A stretch of DNA of 64,000 bases, taken from Utricularia gibba (taxonomy: Eukaryota > Plantae > Magnoliophyta). Numbering within the stretch: position 1 is the first letter of the stretch; every line of letters starts with the position of its first letter. Both the position numbers and the translations under genes were made by a program. Below, piece after piece: positions 1 to 12,069 of the stretch. Under the pieces are notes generated by a model. The model was not told the origin of the DNA. It saw only the letters and a program-made list of their open reading frames with translations, and made no database searches. The stretch lies in assembly GCA_002189035.1 (NCBI GenBank), contig NEEC01000019.1:558001-622000 (forward strand), given 5' to 3'.

Positions 1-739
1 AAAGAGAGAGCAGACGTCTTGTTCAACCACTGGAGACATCATGACAACACATGTACCCGTTTGAGTACCAATAGTGCTTGAGACCCAGGGAGAACAACCT
101 CATGGAAACTTTCCAGTATTACTTCCCGCTAACCGTGGACTAGCATTACGAACCATCAAGGAGGAAATCACTGCAAATCACTCAGATCGTCTCTTATGCA
201 TCATCTTTGATGGAGAAGAAGACTATTTTGCAAATCAAGGGAGTGTCATTTCAAGAAGATCTATTTTTTCACCATATGATGTTTCCTTTCTTATATTTTC
301 TGATACGTGTTCGCCTCTAATAATACTTAAAAAAAATTACACTAAAATATCCAATAATACACATAAATTAAGATAATTGTCTTAATGTAGAAAAACCTAA
401 AACTTATATTATAAACTCACAATTTGACAATTCTAATTACATTTAGATATGGAAAATGACCTAAAAGGTAGTTATAAAATAGAACTGCCTAAAACTTATA
501 TTATAAACTTAACAACATATCATTGAACTACCTTAATTTTAGATTAGTCTTAATCTTTCATCGTAAGAAAAATAGAATGCATCAATTTTTGCACAACAAA
601 CACAAAGCTCCTCGTATTCAATTTCAATCTATTGTGCTCGTATTTGTTGTATAATTGGTTGTGAATTAAACTTATAAATTTTTTTGATAGGAAAATTTGT
701 ATTTATACAACGACTTGCAAATTTTCGCTTATCAAGTAC

Positions 740-1310
740 CAATTATTTTCAGGATATCAATTATGGCAATCATAGTAGTGTTGAGTGATGTTGAAATAGG
801 GAAGCTGATTTTCAAATTTGAAGAGAAGGAATTGGAGTTCAATGTAGAACATGTCATGAAGAGATTCAATTACGACAAGCTTGCACAAGATCAAGCAAAG
901 AATGAATTTGTTCAAGTGAATTTGTGGGTAATTTTTCTCCATGAAATTCAACAGATAAATCATGCACATAATGAAAAGGATGACATCTAGGGTGACATAC
1001 CAATGATGGCTCGACTAAGAAATGTCGAGCTAAACACTAAAGTGGAAATTGAACTAAATAAGTCTACATCATCGTTGAAATATGAGTTTTTACAGGATAA
1101 CTGCACTTACCCGTGCGAAACCTTTGAATGTTAATGCTTTGCTAGTAGATCTAATGCAAAGTAAAGTGGACAGAGAGAAAGCAATCGCACTGCGTTTTAG
1201 ACATCTCTGTTGCTATTCAACTGTCCAGAGATACTACGTTAGCAAGGATGAACTTGAAGTGTGGAAAGATTGTCTCCCAATAAATATTCCATTCTTTAAA
1301 AATATATGAA
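740..1310 (+). mobile_element. Degenerate Ty3/gypsy (Athila-like) pol fragment, protease-to-RT linker region
   Basis: Translations DVEIGKLIFKFEEKELEFNVEHVMK and SLKYEFLQDNCTYP resemble the conserved 'DVxxGKLxLRxxxEExxFNV' and 'LKYAFLxxxxTxP' stretches of Athila-type pol; stops and frame breaks present. Confidence 0.5.
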
Positions 1311-2729
1311 TTATTAAAAAAAAAGAGAGATAATTGACCTCTTAATAGAAGAAAGAAGGATACAAGGATTATGCATGTCAATTGAAGGAGAGGTTGTAGC
1401 TGGATATTTTATTGCCACGAGAAACGATTAAAGAACATAATAGGGATGTTATATATTACTTTTATTATGATTGACTTTTACTGTAATAAAATTTATAAGT
1501 CACTTCTAGATAAATAATATTTGATTAATATTTATTAAAAATTAAAAAAATGAAGTTGACATAGTTTAATTTTCTCTACTTTTATAATAAAGACAATATT
1601 ACCCTTCATTATTAAATAATATTGAATATGAATGTTTTTATTTAACAAATACGTACTAAAATAAGTGAATGAATTCAAACAAAACGACTTATTTTAGTGA
1701 TGTTGAAAGCCAGGAGAAGATAATACCCTCATATAAGCACAAGTAATTTTTTGAATTCGAAAATAGTGTATAATAAATATGCTGGTGATTATAAGAATTC
1801 ATTTGGTTCGAAAATGAAAATAAATACTTTTTTCTCCTTTTAAAATCAAATTATAAGTGACTTAAAAGTAGAAAATTAAATTAATTATAAGTATCACACA
1901 AAACACTTATATAAGTTTTATTTTACTTTGATTTAGTTTAATTAACGTTGGAGTAGTGTGTTTGTGTTGAATATGCATGTTTGCTATGAAATCCCGTGTT
2001 ATTTACATCTATGCTAAGTGTGTTTAGATTTAATCTGGTTTTATTGTGTTTAGGTAGTAAATTCGCTTTAATCAAAACCCTAAATTTGATCATTTTTATT
2101 ATTTTCATGTGTTGTCTATAAAATATATATTATTTTCATACAACGTTTTATTTCTTGAGTATTCAGAATCACTTCGTAAAAATCTTATTGTAATCCAGTG
2201 TATATATAAGACATATATTTATAAATTCATCGTTTTTTATGGATGAATTTGAATTTATTACTATATTTATTTTATTATTAAATATTTATGAATCTTGCTT
2301 TACAGATATTTTAATGGGATGAATTTTATTGACATGCTTATGAAAACAAAGAAAAAGAAATTGTTTTGATCACATACCAAAAAACAATCTCAAAAAATCA
2401 TTTCGATCAGATCAAAATCATCATTTTTGTACATTTTTTAATCATTATCAACTATTAAACCTTGATTATTAGATATTCGAAAATAAAATTTTTATGACAT
2501 AACACTTTACAAGATTCAGCAGAACGTGAGTACCTTTCAATGCAATTAAAATAATAAAAATATATGAAAATATCGTGTTCTAAATTATGATAATAGTGGT
2601 CTACATTAATATCATAATACGTAGATGTATTAAATGCAAATCGTTCCTTCAAGCCGTTGTGATAGTGAGCATTATTTATTTATTTATTTATTTGGATTAT
2701 TAAACCTAGGTTTAGGGCCAAGTACGGAG

Positions 2730-2990
2730 CACTCATCCATGAACCGTTGACCGGATAAACGAACCCTAACGTTAGGGACAAAAAGCGATTACCAATGACC
2801 GGTTTTCTTCCCCTGAGTTGGCATAATGTATTTGCACCATCACCATATTCAAATTTTCACTGAAACCGTACGATTATAATTTGAAATACTACGGGACAAC
2901 CGTGTTCTACGGTTCGGTAACCGAAACCGGTCCATCGTTTCGGTTCGAACCGGAGAGGGGACCCAACAATGACCAAAACTAGTGCGAACA
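2730..2990. repeat. AACCG/CGGTT-rich patch (hAT-like subterminal remnant) upstream of TBL copy 1; counterpart at ~31100-31330
   Basis: Dense GAACCG/CGGTTC motifs including GGTTCGAACCGGA, which also occurs next to the left TIR of the hAT element at 8779. No TIR/TSD pair found. Confidence 0.4.
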
Positions 2991-3594
2991 ACCCACCAGA
3001 GTGTCCTGCCGGGTAAATCAGAAATACAGACTGCGGAGTCTCTTAAACGGCTTCCTTCATTTTTAGGTAATATAATATAATATAATATTCTCTCAAGTTT
3101 TCAAGGGACAGGAATTGTAATAAATAAAAAATAGTAATAAAAATAATTGAGAAGGGTTTTGAATTTTCAACAAACACTTTGTCTTTCTTGAGTGTCCAAT
3201 TACGCCACTGCTTTAAAGCCGGTATTTTCGAATGCTTTTTTATTATTATTTGTCTATTTTGGAAATTGCCCTGTGTTGAAAAATTCAAACACGTTGGGAA
3301 GAAAAAAAATATAATATTTTTTAATTTTGGTGATTTTGTTTTTTGAGAATTTTTTTTTATTCTAATTTGGAAGTTGGAAACCGTTGAAAAATTCAAGCGC
3401 TGGGGATGAATATTTGCGTAAGATGAATAATTGTATATATTTATTTGTTACCAGAAAAATGGCTGAGAGGGCGCGAGCATCGAAACATTGGCGTGTGTTA
3501 CAGAAGAAAGTGAAGAATCGTGACGAGAAAGTGGAAAGCATTTGGATTTGCGTCTCCTTGTCTTCGTCTCCGTATGAGCTCCGAGAAGAAGAAA

Positions 3595-5124
3595 ATGGCG
3601 AATCTGAAAGTGAAATCGCAGTTTCTCGCTACCTTCTTCCTAATACTCATGACTATTTCCGCCCTCGTTCTCTCCGCTAAACGCGGAACAGTCTCGAAGA
3701 ATCTCGAACTGGAGAGTCGTCATGAACAGCAGCAAGATGCAATACGCCCAGATTCCTGCGATTTGTCTTCTGGGAAATGGGTTTTGGATGAGGCGTCCCC
3801 TGTTTACGGAGAAACGGAGTGCTCCTTCATGATTGATGACTACGCTTGTGAGAAGTACGGGAGACGAGATTTCAAGTTCCGGAGATGGAAATGGCAGCCC
3901 CATGAATGCAATCTTCCGAGGTTTTGTTTTTCTTCTTGAATTTCTTCTCCCCAATTTTCATTAACCTGCGTCAAAAACAGGTTTAACGCGACAGCGCTCC
4001 TGGAGAAACTTAGAGGGAAAACGCTGATATTCGTCGGGGACTCATTGAACAAGAATCAGTGGATTTCTTTGCTTTGTTTGATTGAGTCTTCTGTTTCCAC
4101 GAAATCGATCACCAGAAGAGATAATCTCTTCACCTTCTACGCCACCGTATGCCCTCGGATTCATTCTTGTTTTTCTGGGTGGTCTTTTTATGCGAACTCT
4201 GGACCTGTTTTCGTTCAGGAATTCAATGCCACGATTGGGTTCTACTGGTCACCATTGTTGGTCGAATCAAACTGCGACAATCCCGAAACACACAGGATCA
4301 AAGATCGTGTGATACGAATCAGTTCCATCGAGAAGCATGCTAGATATTGGAGCGATGCTGACATACTCGTGTTTGATTCCTTCGCCTGGTGGCTGGAACC
4401 AACCATGACTGTCATGTAAGGCCTTCTTCTTCACGGTATACCCTGCAATTATACTGTAAAAAATGGCGACATGGCAGAACATGAACTTTAATCCATTGCT
4501 ATGAATCCCAACTTTCTTTTTGGAGAGGAATCCACTTTATTTAAATGCAGGTGGGGGTCCTTCGAGAGCCCATACTCGATCAAGAAGCGCGTCCAGATGC
4601 CGCACCGGCGGTACGAGATGGTCCTGGAGACATGGTCGCAGTGGCTCGAGATCAACATCAACCGGACCAAAACCAGGCTGTTTTTCAGGAGCCTCTCCCC
4701 GTTACACCTCTTGTCAGTTGCTGAAACTACGTGTTTTCTTTTGATAAACTGAATTTCACCTATCTTAATGGTATGCGTACTGCAGCGGCAAGAGTTGGGG
4801 CGAGCCGATGAACTGCTACAACGTGACGGAGCCGATTGGGAAGCCCGACTACTGGGGGTCATGACGGATGTGGAGATGATGAGAGCATCGAAGATGGCTG
4901 TGGATAGATTGGCCGGACGGGGACTGCGAATTGAGTACATGAACATAACGCATTTGTCGGATCTTCGGATAGACGGGCACCCTTCCATTTACCGGAAGTT
5001 TCACCAGCCGCTGTCGGAGGAGCAGATGACGGAGCCCACGAGCTACGCCGATTGCGCACACTGGTGCCTACCGGGGGTGCCGGACGTTTGGAACCAGATT
5101 CTATATTCTTATGTCATCAACTAA
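3595..5124 (+). pseudogene. TBL34-like: TBL34-like O-acetyltransferase, copy 1; 1-bp deletion in exon 5 (or homopolymer assembly error)
   Basis: Exons 3595-3920, 3981-4146, 4219-4415, 4551-4712, 4786-5124, all GT-AG. N-terminal TM segment, CDLSSGKW, CEKYGRRD, WKWQPHECNLPRF, GDS and DCAHWCLPGVPDVWN motifs. The G5 run at 4854-4858 (G6 in copy 2) shifts the frame to TGA at 4862-4864, upstream of the DxxH motif. Confidence 0.9.
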
Positions 5125-5639
5125 ACTACAAACTCCAAGGATTTTGATCATCAGTCCGGCTCACGCAGTTCTCTGTTTTGCTGCTCGCCAGGGACTTTGT
5201 TCACACAAAAGAAAGAATACACTTTTTTCCAGTGAAGTTAAACCTTTTTACTGCTGCCATACAAAATGGTTCAACTTCTAAGAAGAAAGATGGGGCAAGT
5301 GAGACAAATGGCCGTTCTCTCTCTACTCGGTAAGATGCCCCTGTGTCTTGGGTAGGCTTGCTTTTCCTAGTTTCATGTTTTCGGCTATTAGTCTTATGTA
5401 CTCACGCATGCAGACATTTAATTCCTATTTTGTCCCTAAATTAATAAATAATGTGCAAAGTGATCAGAATATACGACCCTAGCCAAATGCGCTGTCCATT
5501 CCTAGGTCTAGATGAACTTTAAGTTCACCCCAAAACATGTGTTTACACACATTAAATTTACTAATACTAATTTTGACAATTTTAATTATTTTACTTCACC
5601 TAAATCTTTATCCTAACACTTAAAATACTATGAATATGA

Positions 5640-7552
5640 CTAGTTTTGATACAACATCACCTTCTCCTTGAACTTGACCTTAAAGGCCTCCTTCTTGGAA
5701 GTAGCATTGCCGATGGCTTTTCCCATCTCTTCCACCACCTTCTCCAACTCTACCTCGTGCCAAGTCGGTTTACCTAGGATCACCCTCAGAGAGCTCTCCT
5801 CAACCTGCACAAGTTCAATCTTGGCGTCTTGGGCACCAATAATGGCCTAGAGCTTAGAAACCTTCTCAATAAGGAATTCAACTTCCTTAAGCAAACTCCA
5901 TCCAAGAGTGAAACCCTGGAGGGTGAATGCTAACTAGCTTAGAAACTAAATGTGAACGAAATCGGAGGAATAAAGAGAAACAATACCTCCAAAATCCTGC
6001 TAAGTACCCATTTCGGTTGGAGGCTTGAAAGATTCGCGATGGCCTCTGCTAGGATTGATCGTAGTTCAGCTGGGATCGTGGTTGGTGTGCGTGTTGAACC
6101 CCTCGCCACACCGATTTGAGGCCTCGACGTGCAAGGTGTGGCTGAATTGTAGGGCAACTCTTGAATCGGAGTCTTAGTAGCCTTCGGTGAAGGCAGAATC
6201 TTCTCTTTTCCCTTCCCAATCGAGGAAGGCAGAGTCTGCTCTGAATCCTCGGAGATCCGAATCTCTCTATCCCCCTTAAAGAGATAGTTCACTTTATCGG
6301 ATTGAACCTCTAGAGAATCGGCCTGAAAAGGGGTGTTAGGGAAAAGATCAAAATTAAAAATTCAGTAGTAGTACACGGTAAAGACTAACCTACAGGTAGG
6401 GGATTTTATCTGGGTCTGGTTCCTGCACACTACGCATTTCTGCAGAGAAACATGCCAAATGGAAGTCTACAACCCCCTTCTCCTCGCCATCTTGTCAAAT
6501 GCAGGCCAAAATATGAAGATGGTGAAAAACAGGTAAAGTGTAACCCCCTTCACTTTTCTGTTTTTTGGAAGGTTTTTGGACACAAACCTTAACCCTCTTC
6601 TTTTTCTTTGGGGTTTACGGATGAGTTGAGGGCTTAGGGACAGGGTTAGAAGAGGAAGGGAATATTAGACTAGAGGGGGAGTGGGCTACTGGATTTGGAG
6701 GAATGTCAAAGGGGGATTGAAGAAGATGCTGATACTCTAACTCAGATCTAGGGGGATGATGAAATCGTGCCATTGTCTGCCCTGGCATCGATCGAGAATC
6801 ATGTAGTTTGTCAAGGAATCCCACGAAAGCATTGAGGCTCAGGATTCATATTTAATGATACACTCATCGAGCCTTCAACACACATCTCTACGAGACTTGT
6901 TTGAAGTGTGGAAACGACCGAATGGCTTTACCTTGAAAGGGTAGGAGCCTTAACCGGAAAATTCCACCTAGTTTCCAAAGGAGGAACAACCCAAATGAAG
7001 GAAGACCACTAGTTGTGGTGGGTATCTGGGGCCTTAATGATGAAATTGGGATTGTCCTCAAATCAGCGAAATTGGAAGTGGGCAAACCTATACATCGTTG
7101 GTTTAGCTTTACGAACCGCAATCTTGAAAAGTTGAAAGAAATCCACCAGGGTCATGACTAGATCCATACTTTCTGAGTAGAATAAAAATGTGGTAAAGCA
7201 AAAATCGAATTCAGGGTGAGGCAATAAAGTGGGATGGTGAACATGCGCAAAAATTGTTGCCAAGAGGATGGAGTGGAAATCGGAGGCCGCTTTCCAAATA
7301 GTCAATTGGGACAGGGAGGCTGAAGAGAGGAAGAGGTATTTCCCCTGCCCCATAGGGTATTTGGGAATCCCTAGCCCAAGTAATGATGTACTCATCCGGG
7401 ATCAAGTACTTAGATCCGATGGTAGAGATATTCAATTCACTGGACTTCCTACCCATCTTAATGTTTGGAATCGGAGTAAGGACTAGGTGTTCAAAGATGC
7501 GAAGAAGAAACCCTAATGAAAATGGGGGATTAAGCAGAGTGTTAAGTGTCAT
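5640..7552 (-). mobile_element. Tat/Retand-like gypsy accessory-ORF remnant (Transposase_28-like N-terminus plus coiled-coil C-terminus)
   Basis: ORF 7211-7552 contains YLIP...YLESGLRFPLHP; a Glu/Lys-rich coiled-coil-like reading lies at ~5650-5900; many stops. Gypsy-like non-coding sequence continues at ~8160-8778 and resumes at 15995-16600 on the far side of the hAT insertion. Confidence 0.55.
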
Positions 7553-7622
7553 TTTTTAGTTGTTTATTATGTATTATTATATACTAATATAGTATTAAAT
7601 CGCCTAAATTAGGAGTCATATT

Positions 7623-8160
7623 GATAAGTATTTGATTTTATTAGAAAATTCCTATTTTTATATTTTGTATATATTTTGTTATCTTTTTTCGTGCACTCAA
7701 AATATAAGGAAGCAGACTTGGAGTGTTGTAGGAGGCTTGCAATAGACCAAACATTGACCTATCGTGCTACATGCGATTTGGGACAATTAAGTCAGAACTC
7801 CTAACTTACGGCATGTCAGAGTCTATAGCAATAATTGAGTGCTTACTTGCATGTATGGGAAAATTGGTGGTGCACGCAAGACAAAAAGAATGATGAAAGG
7901 GGAATAGAAGAAGTTAATGCACGTGGGGATTGAATTAAAAACCAACTTGAAACACTTGCTTTCGAACTTTTGATACTTATTTTTTGCACTTAGAACTTTT
8001 GGTTCTTTCTCTCCTCTAAGGGAGGAAGAACACTTTAGCTTTCCATTTTCATTTTCTGCTTTCATTGCCATTCGTGACTAAATTCTTTTAATTTCTGGAA
8101 ATAGATGAAGTTTACTTTCAAGTCTTGAGCACTAATCTTGGTTTTTTGCTGAATTCATTC
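7623..8160. mobile_element. Possible LTR fragment
   Basis: Begins TGATAAGTATTTG, resembling an LTR terminus, and has LTR-like composition; no partner end or TSD found. Confidence 0.25.
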
Positions 8161-10196
8161 TAAATTTTGCATACTTCCACGTGTCTTGTTACAGTCTTTT
8201 TGTAACGTCTCCTAGTCATGGTCCATGAATAGCAGGCTACTTCTCGCGGATTTTGATGAAGAGCAAGGTAAAGAGCACTATTTTCAACCCTATCGGTTCG
8301 AGGAAGTAGCAAATAGTTTGTGACCGAGGTACCGCGACAATGGACAGATAGTGGCCTCTTACCTGCCATTGGTCATTGGCAATAACTCGGCACACAGGTA
8401 GAATACAATTTTAAAGACAATCGATGGCATTCCTCTTGTCTTCTCAATTATTCAAGGGGGAACCACATGAGGCTATTCCCGTGGCCCCTTGTCAATTAAA
8501 GTCTAAGGGAGAGTAGGCTATTCCTTATTCCTATAACCAGCTATTCGGAAGAAATTAGTAAAAACCGAGTAAAGGATAGACAAAAGGAAGAAACAGAGTC
8601 CATTTCCTGGGAATTGCGTCCCGTAGTCAAGGTCCATTACTTGCATTGTAACTTTTATTTCTACACTTCAAAAAACTCTTTTTACAAACATGTGACAATT
8701 TGTAAAAATTTAGTACAAAACACTTTTCGTAAAACTTAACTCTATGAGATCGACACTTGTACTATGCTTTATTGTGTTTAGAGGTGGGTTCGAACCGGAA
8801 CTGCGGTTCAAACCGAAACCGTCGGTTCCGGTTCCGGTTCGGTTCTAAGGGATGGATGTCCGTACGGTTTCGGTTCGGTTCGGCATAATTGGAACCGTGG
8901 AACTGACGGTTCCAAACCGTGAACCGTACGGTTCGGATTTAAAAATAAAAAAAATTAAAAAAATTTAGAAAAAATTAAAAAAATTTAAAAAAATTTAAAA
9001 AAATTTAAAAAAAATTTAAAAAATTTAAAAATATATATTATTTTTTATACTTTTCTCAGGCACACATACGAAGGAAGTGGGTGCTTGAAAAATCTTCTCA
9101 AACAGTGATGGGGTCTAAATTGATTTTCACCTTTAACAAACACCCTTTCCCAAACACACTCACAACAGATATGGGTGTCTGGAAAATGGTCTCAGGTACC
9201 CTCACGACACACTATCTTAAATTACATACACTTATTTTTCATCTTCTAGATTTCTTTTGTTCATAAATGACAATATACATCCATGGCTTTTGAGATGGAG
9301 TATTCATTGTCTTCTTTGAACCAAGCCCATGTGTATCCCACATTAACGCTACCTATGAAATAAATAATTTGATAAGAGTCCAATACATGGACGCGGATTA
9401 TATAGAAACGATGCCCATGTGTATCCTGTATTAACACTACGTATCAAATAAGTAATTTGGTAGAAATCCTACACATGAGGGAATGTGAGTGTCTGGAAAA
9501 TGGTCTAAGCGATAGACGAATATTCTTTATTTATTGAAATTAATGTATAGTAATTAGGATATATAAAATCATTTCATTTTCAAATTTTGATATTCTAATT
9601 AATGCAGCAACAAATTTTTATATTTATGAAAATTAAGAATACTTTCAAAGATTGCGCAATCCCCAAATTTCGGGTACGGGTGCCTAATTTTGCATTTCTT
9701 GTGCCAGTCGCCCACATTAGCGATTTTGGGTTCCTCAAAATTGGAGTATTAATTACACGATGGGTACGCATCGATTCAAACGAGCGGCACACACCTTGTC
9801 TGAAAACAACGGAAGCTATTATCGACAACTTACGAAAGTAGGGATATCATTGCGTGTAATCATTAGCTTATGATTTGGTGTATTAAACCAAATCCCCACG
9901 CACCCATACACAACGCTACACATCACCACCCCACTCCCCACGTTGTCAATTAAAACAACCATAATCCCCACCCATATGGTAAGAAAATTTTCTTACCTCT
10001 TTCCCCCCCCCCCCCCCCCCCAGCCAAAAGCAACCGAATGCCCCACAGTCCCATCACCTACTTGTAGTGTTTTTTAAATTAAACAAGGTAAGTGATTTAT
10101 TTTCCACCATGGGTTGCTGATCTATGTTCCAAATTGAAATACCTTGTCCAGTTATTGTAGTTTGATTTTTTATACAATTCCTATGGGTGTTTGTAG

Positions 10197-11908
10197 ATGC
10201 ACATTTCTGAAAAATTGAGAACTAGGTTCTTGATACCGGGTGAATATGAGATTTGGGACAAAGAACCGGATAAGTTGATTGAGGATGAAATTCCAAACCA
10301 TGTGAGTCCAATGGGATTTGCCTTAAGCACGGAACATTTTCGTTGTGGTTTGCGCTTACCATTATTGCCCTTTTTAGAAGAAATATTAGAATGTTTAGAG
10401 ATTCTTTTATCTCATTTGACTCCAAGATCTATCTCATATATGTTGGCCTTTATTAGTATTTGTGAGGAGTTATGTCTTGAGGTGGAACTTCGCTATTTTT
10501 TTGCTGTGAATGTATGCTTTAGAACTCTAAACAAGAACCACTACACCTTAAAGGGGAAAAAAGGGTTGGTGCTAGTAAAGAATGTGAGAAGAGGATTTGA
10601 AGAATGGTGGACAAGTTTTGTTTGGATATATCCTCCAATGGAAACCAAATTTCCTCAAATTTATACTAATTCGAGCGAAGTAGGCAATGCGAAAGGTAAA
10701 TCTTGCTTTGTATTGTTAGAAGAAATATGAATAAAAATATTCCATATTTTTATTGAAATATTCTATATTTGTATTGAATGTTTTTATTGAAGATATTATG
10801 ATTGAGCGTTTTTTTTAATCTACTATTATTAAAACTATTGTTATTGAATATTTTTATTCAATACCTTTTTCGAATATTTTTACACTTATCATGTTGAATA
10901 TTCTTATTCAATATTTTTGTTGAATATATTGTTAATAAATTTACTTTTATTGTAGGATTTGATACCTTGTCCAAGAGGGATATACAAAATCTCATTCTCC
11001 TCTTCTCAAGTATGCAAAGGAGTTTTGTTGACATTTTACCACCATTTGTGGATGCACTGAGGACAAAACGCTATTGGTGTGGTGTGTTGAAAAATCCTAG
11101 AGTCTCCCAAAAGAATGAAGACTTGTCTAAGAATGAGATGACACAAGATGGGAATGATGTTGAAGGGGACGAGCTCACACATGGTCTCGATGATGTCGAT
11201 GATAGACTTGAATTTATAACAAAGGAGAATGAAGAGCTTCACTACAAGTTGAATTGGTATGAGAGTCGTTGGGTATATACCGGACCTCCTTTTAGTGCTT
11301 CTAAGCCTCAACGAAAGCTGATTATCTTGGATGTAAATGGTGTGCTAGCAGACATCGTTTACAAGGCTGGAGCGTCAAGGTCACGAATCACTTCAGATAA
11401 AATCATATATGGCCGATCAGGTACGTTAACACAATACTTAATTTTGTGTGTTATGTGCATTCACGATTTGTGAGATATCATAGGTAACTTTTCGTGCAAA
11501 TTATGCAATCTTTCTACGTCCACATGCCCGCGATTTTATTAGGTGGTGTTTAGATAATTTTGATGTAGCTTTATGCTCATCCCGTGGGGGGTACGTGTGC
11601 TGCATCTTTTTTTTTTGTTGGTATTTAGAATTGGTGCAAACACTTGCAATTGATTTATTTTGTAGGGAGCAACTACAAGCAATCACTAAATGGGTCTTTC
11701 CACCTTCATTATTCGACAAACTCATTTTCGTATGGGACCAAACCATGACAACGGACACCGGCTACGTGTTCACAACAATCCTAGCAACACGGTTTACATA
11801 AAGGAGTTGAGTCGTGTATGGGCTGTCAACAATGGATTGAACACAAGATATGACCATCACAATACCTTATTAATTGATGATTCACCTCACAAGTCAATGA
11901 AAAATCCG
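10197..11908 (+). pseudogene. Cargo gene A: Transposase_28-like domain fused by splicing to a coiled coil and an FCP1/NIF-like HAD domain (decayed)
   Basis: Exons 10197-10695, 10956-11420, 11509-11590, 11666-11908. Exon 1 has CGLRLPLLPFLEEIL..LSHLTPRS; the exon 1-2 junction is in frame (AAA G|GA TTT). HAD motifs RKLIILDVNGVLADIVY, FLRPHARDFIRWCLDNFDV, FVWDQT, TLLIDDSPHKSMKNP. Exon 3 acceptor reads GCAA, exon 4 has a frameshift near 11770, and no final exon was found. Confidence 0.8.
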
Positions 11909-12069
11909 GTAAGTCATTTATTTTCAATTAGACAGACACTTACAAAATGTGACATTTTGATTATACTGTTGAATTTATTTTAAAATAAATGAATAAATTA
12001 ATGACAATACTTACGAAACAACTTATTTATACTGTATGACGCTTATTTTGATTTTTAAATTAATTTACA

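Larger units (their letters stand above)
2130..5308 (+). repeat. Copy 1 of a ~3.2-kb direct segmental duplication (TBL gene with ~1.45 kb upstream and ~180 bp downstream)
   Basis: Aligns by eye to ~30370-33660; constant offset of 28350 bp from the ATG (3595/31945) to 4853; homology ends at GGGGCAAG(T/C)GAGACAAA (~5308/~33660). The 5' boundary is approximate. Confidence 0.92.

Noticed and set aside
1-376. 100-aa ORF and a weak GRF-zinc-finger-like reading on the minus strand
   Set aside because: Non-ATG start, no recognisable domain, and multiple stops in the minus frame; cannot support a call.
3384-3954. Long overlapping ORFs in other frames or antisense over the TBL genes (also 4488-4988, 31798-32304) and over the NPF gene
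   Set aside because: They are shadows of GC-rich coding exons; no independent motifs, and stops and starts differ between the duplicate copies.
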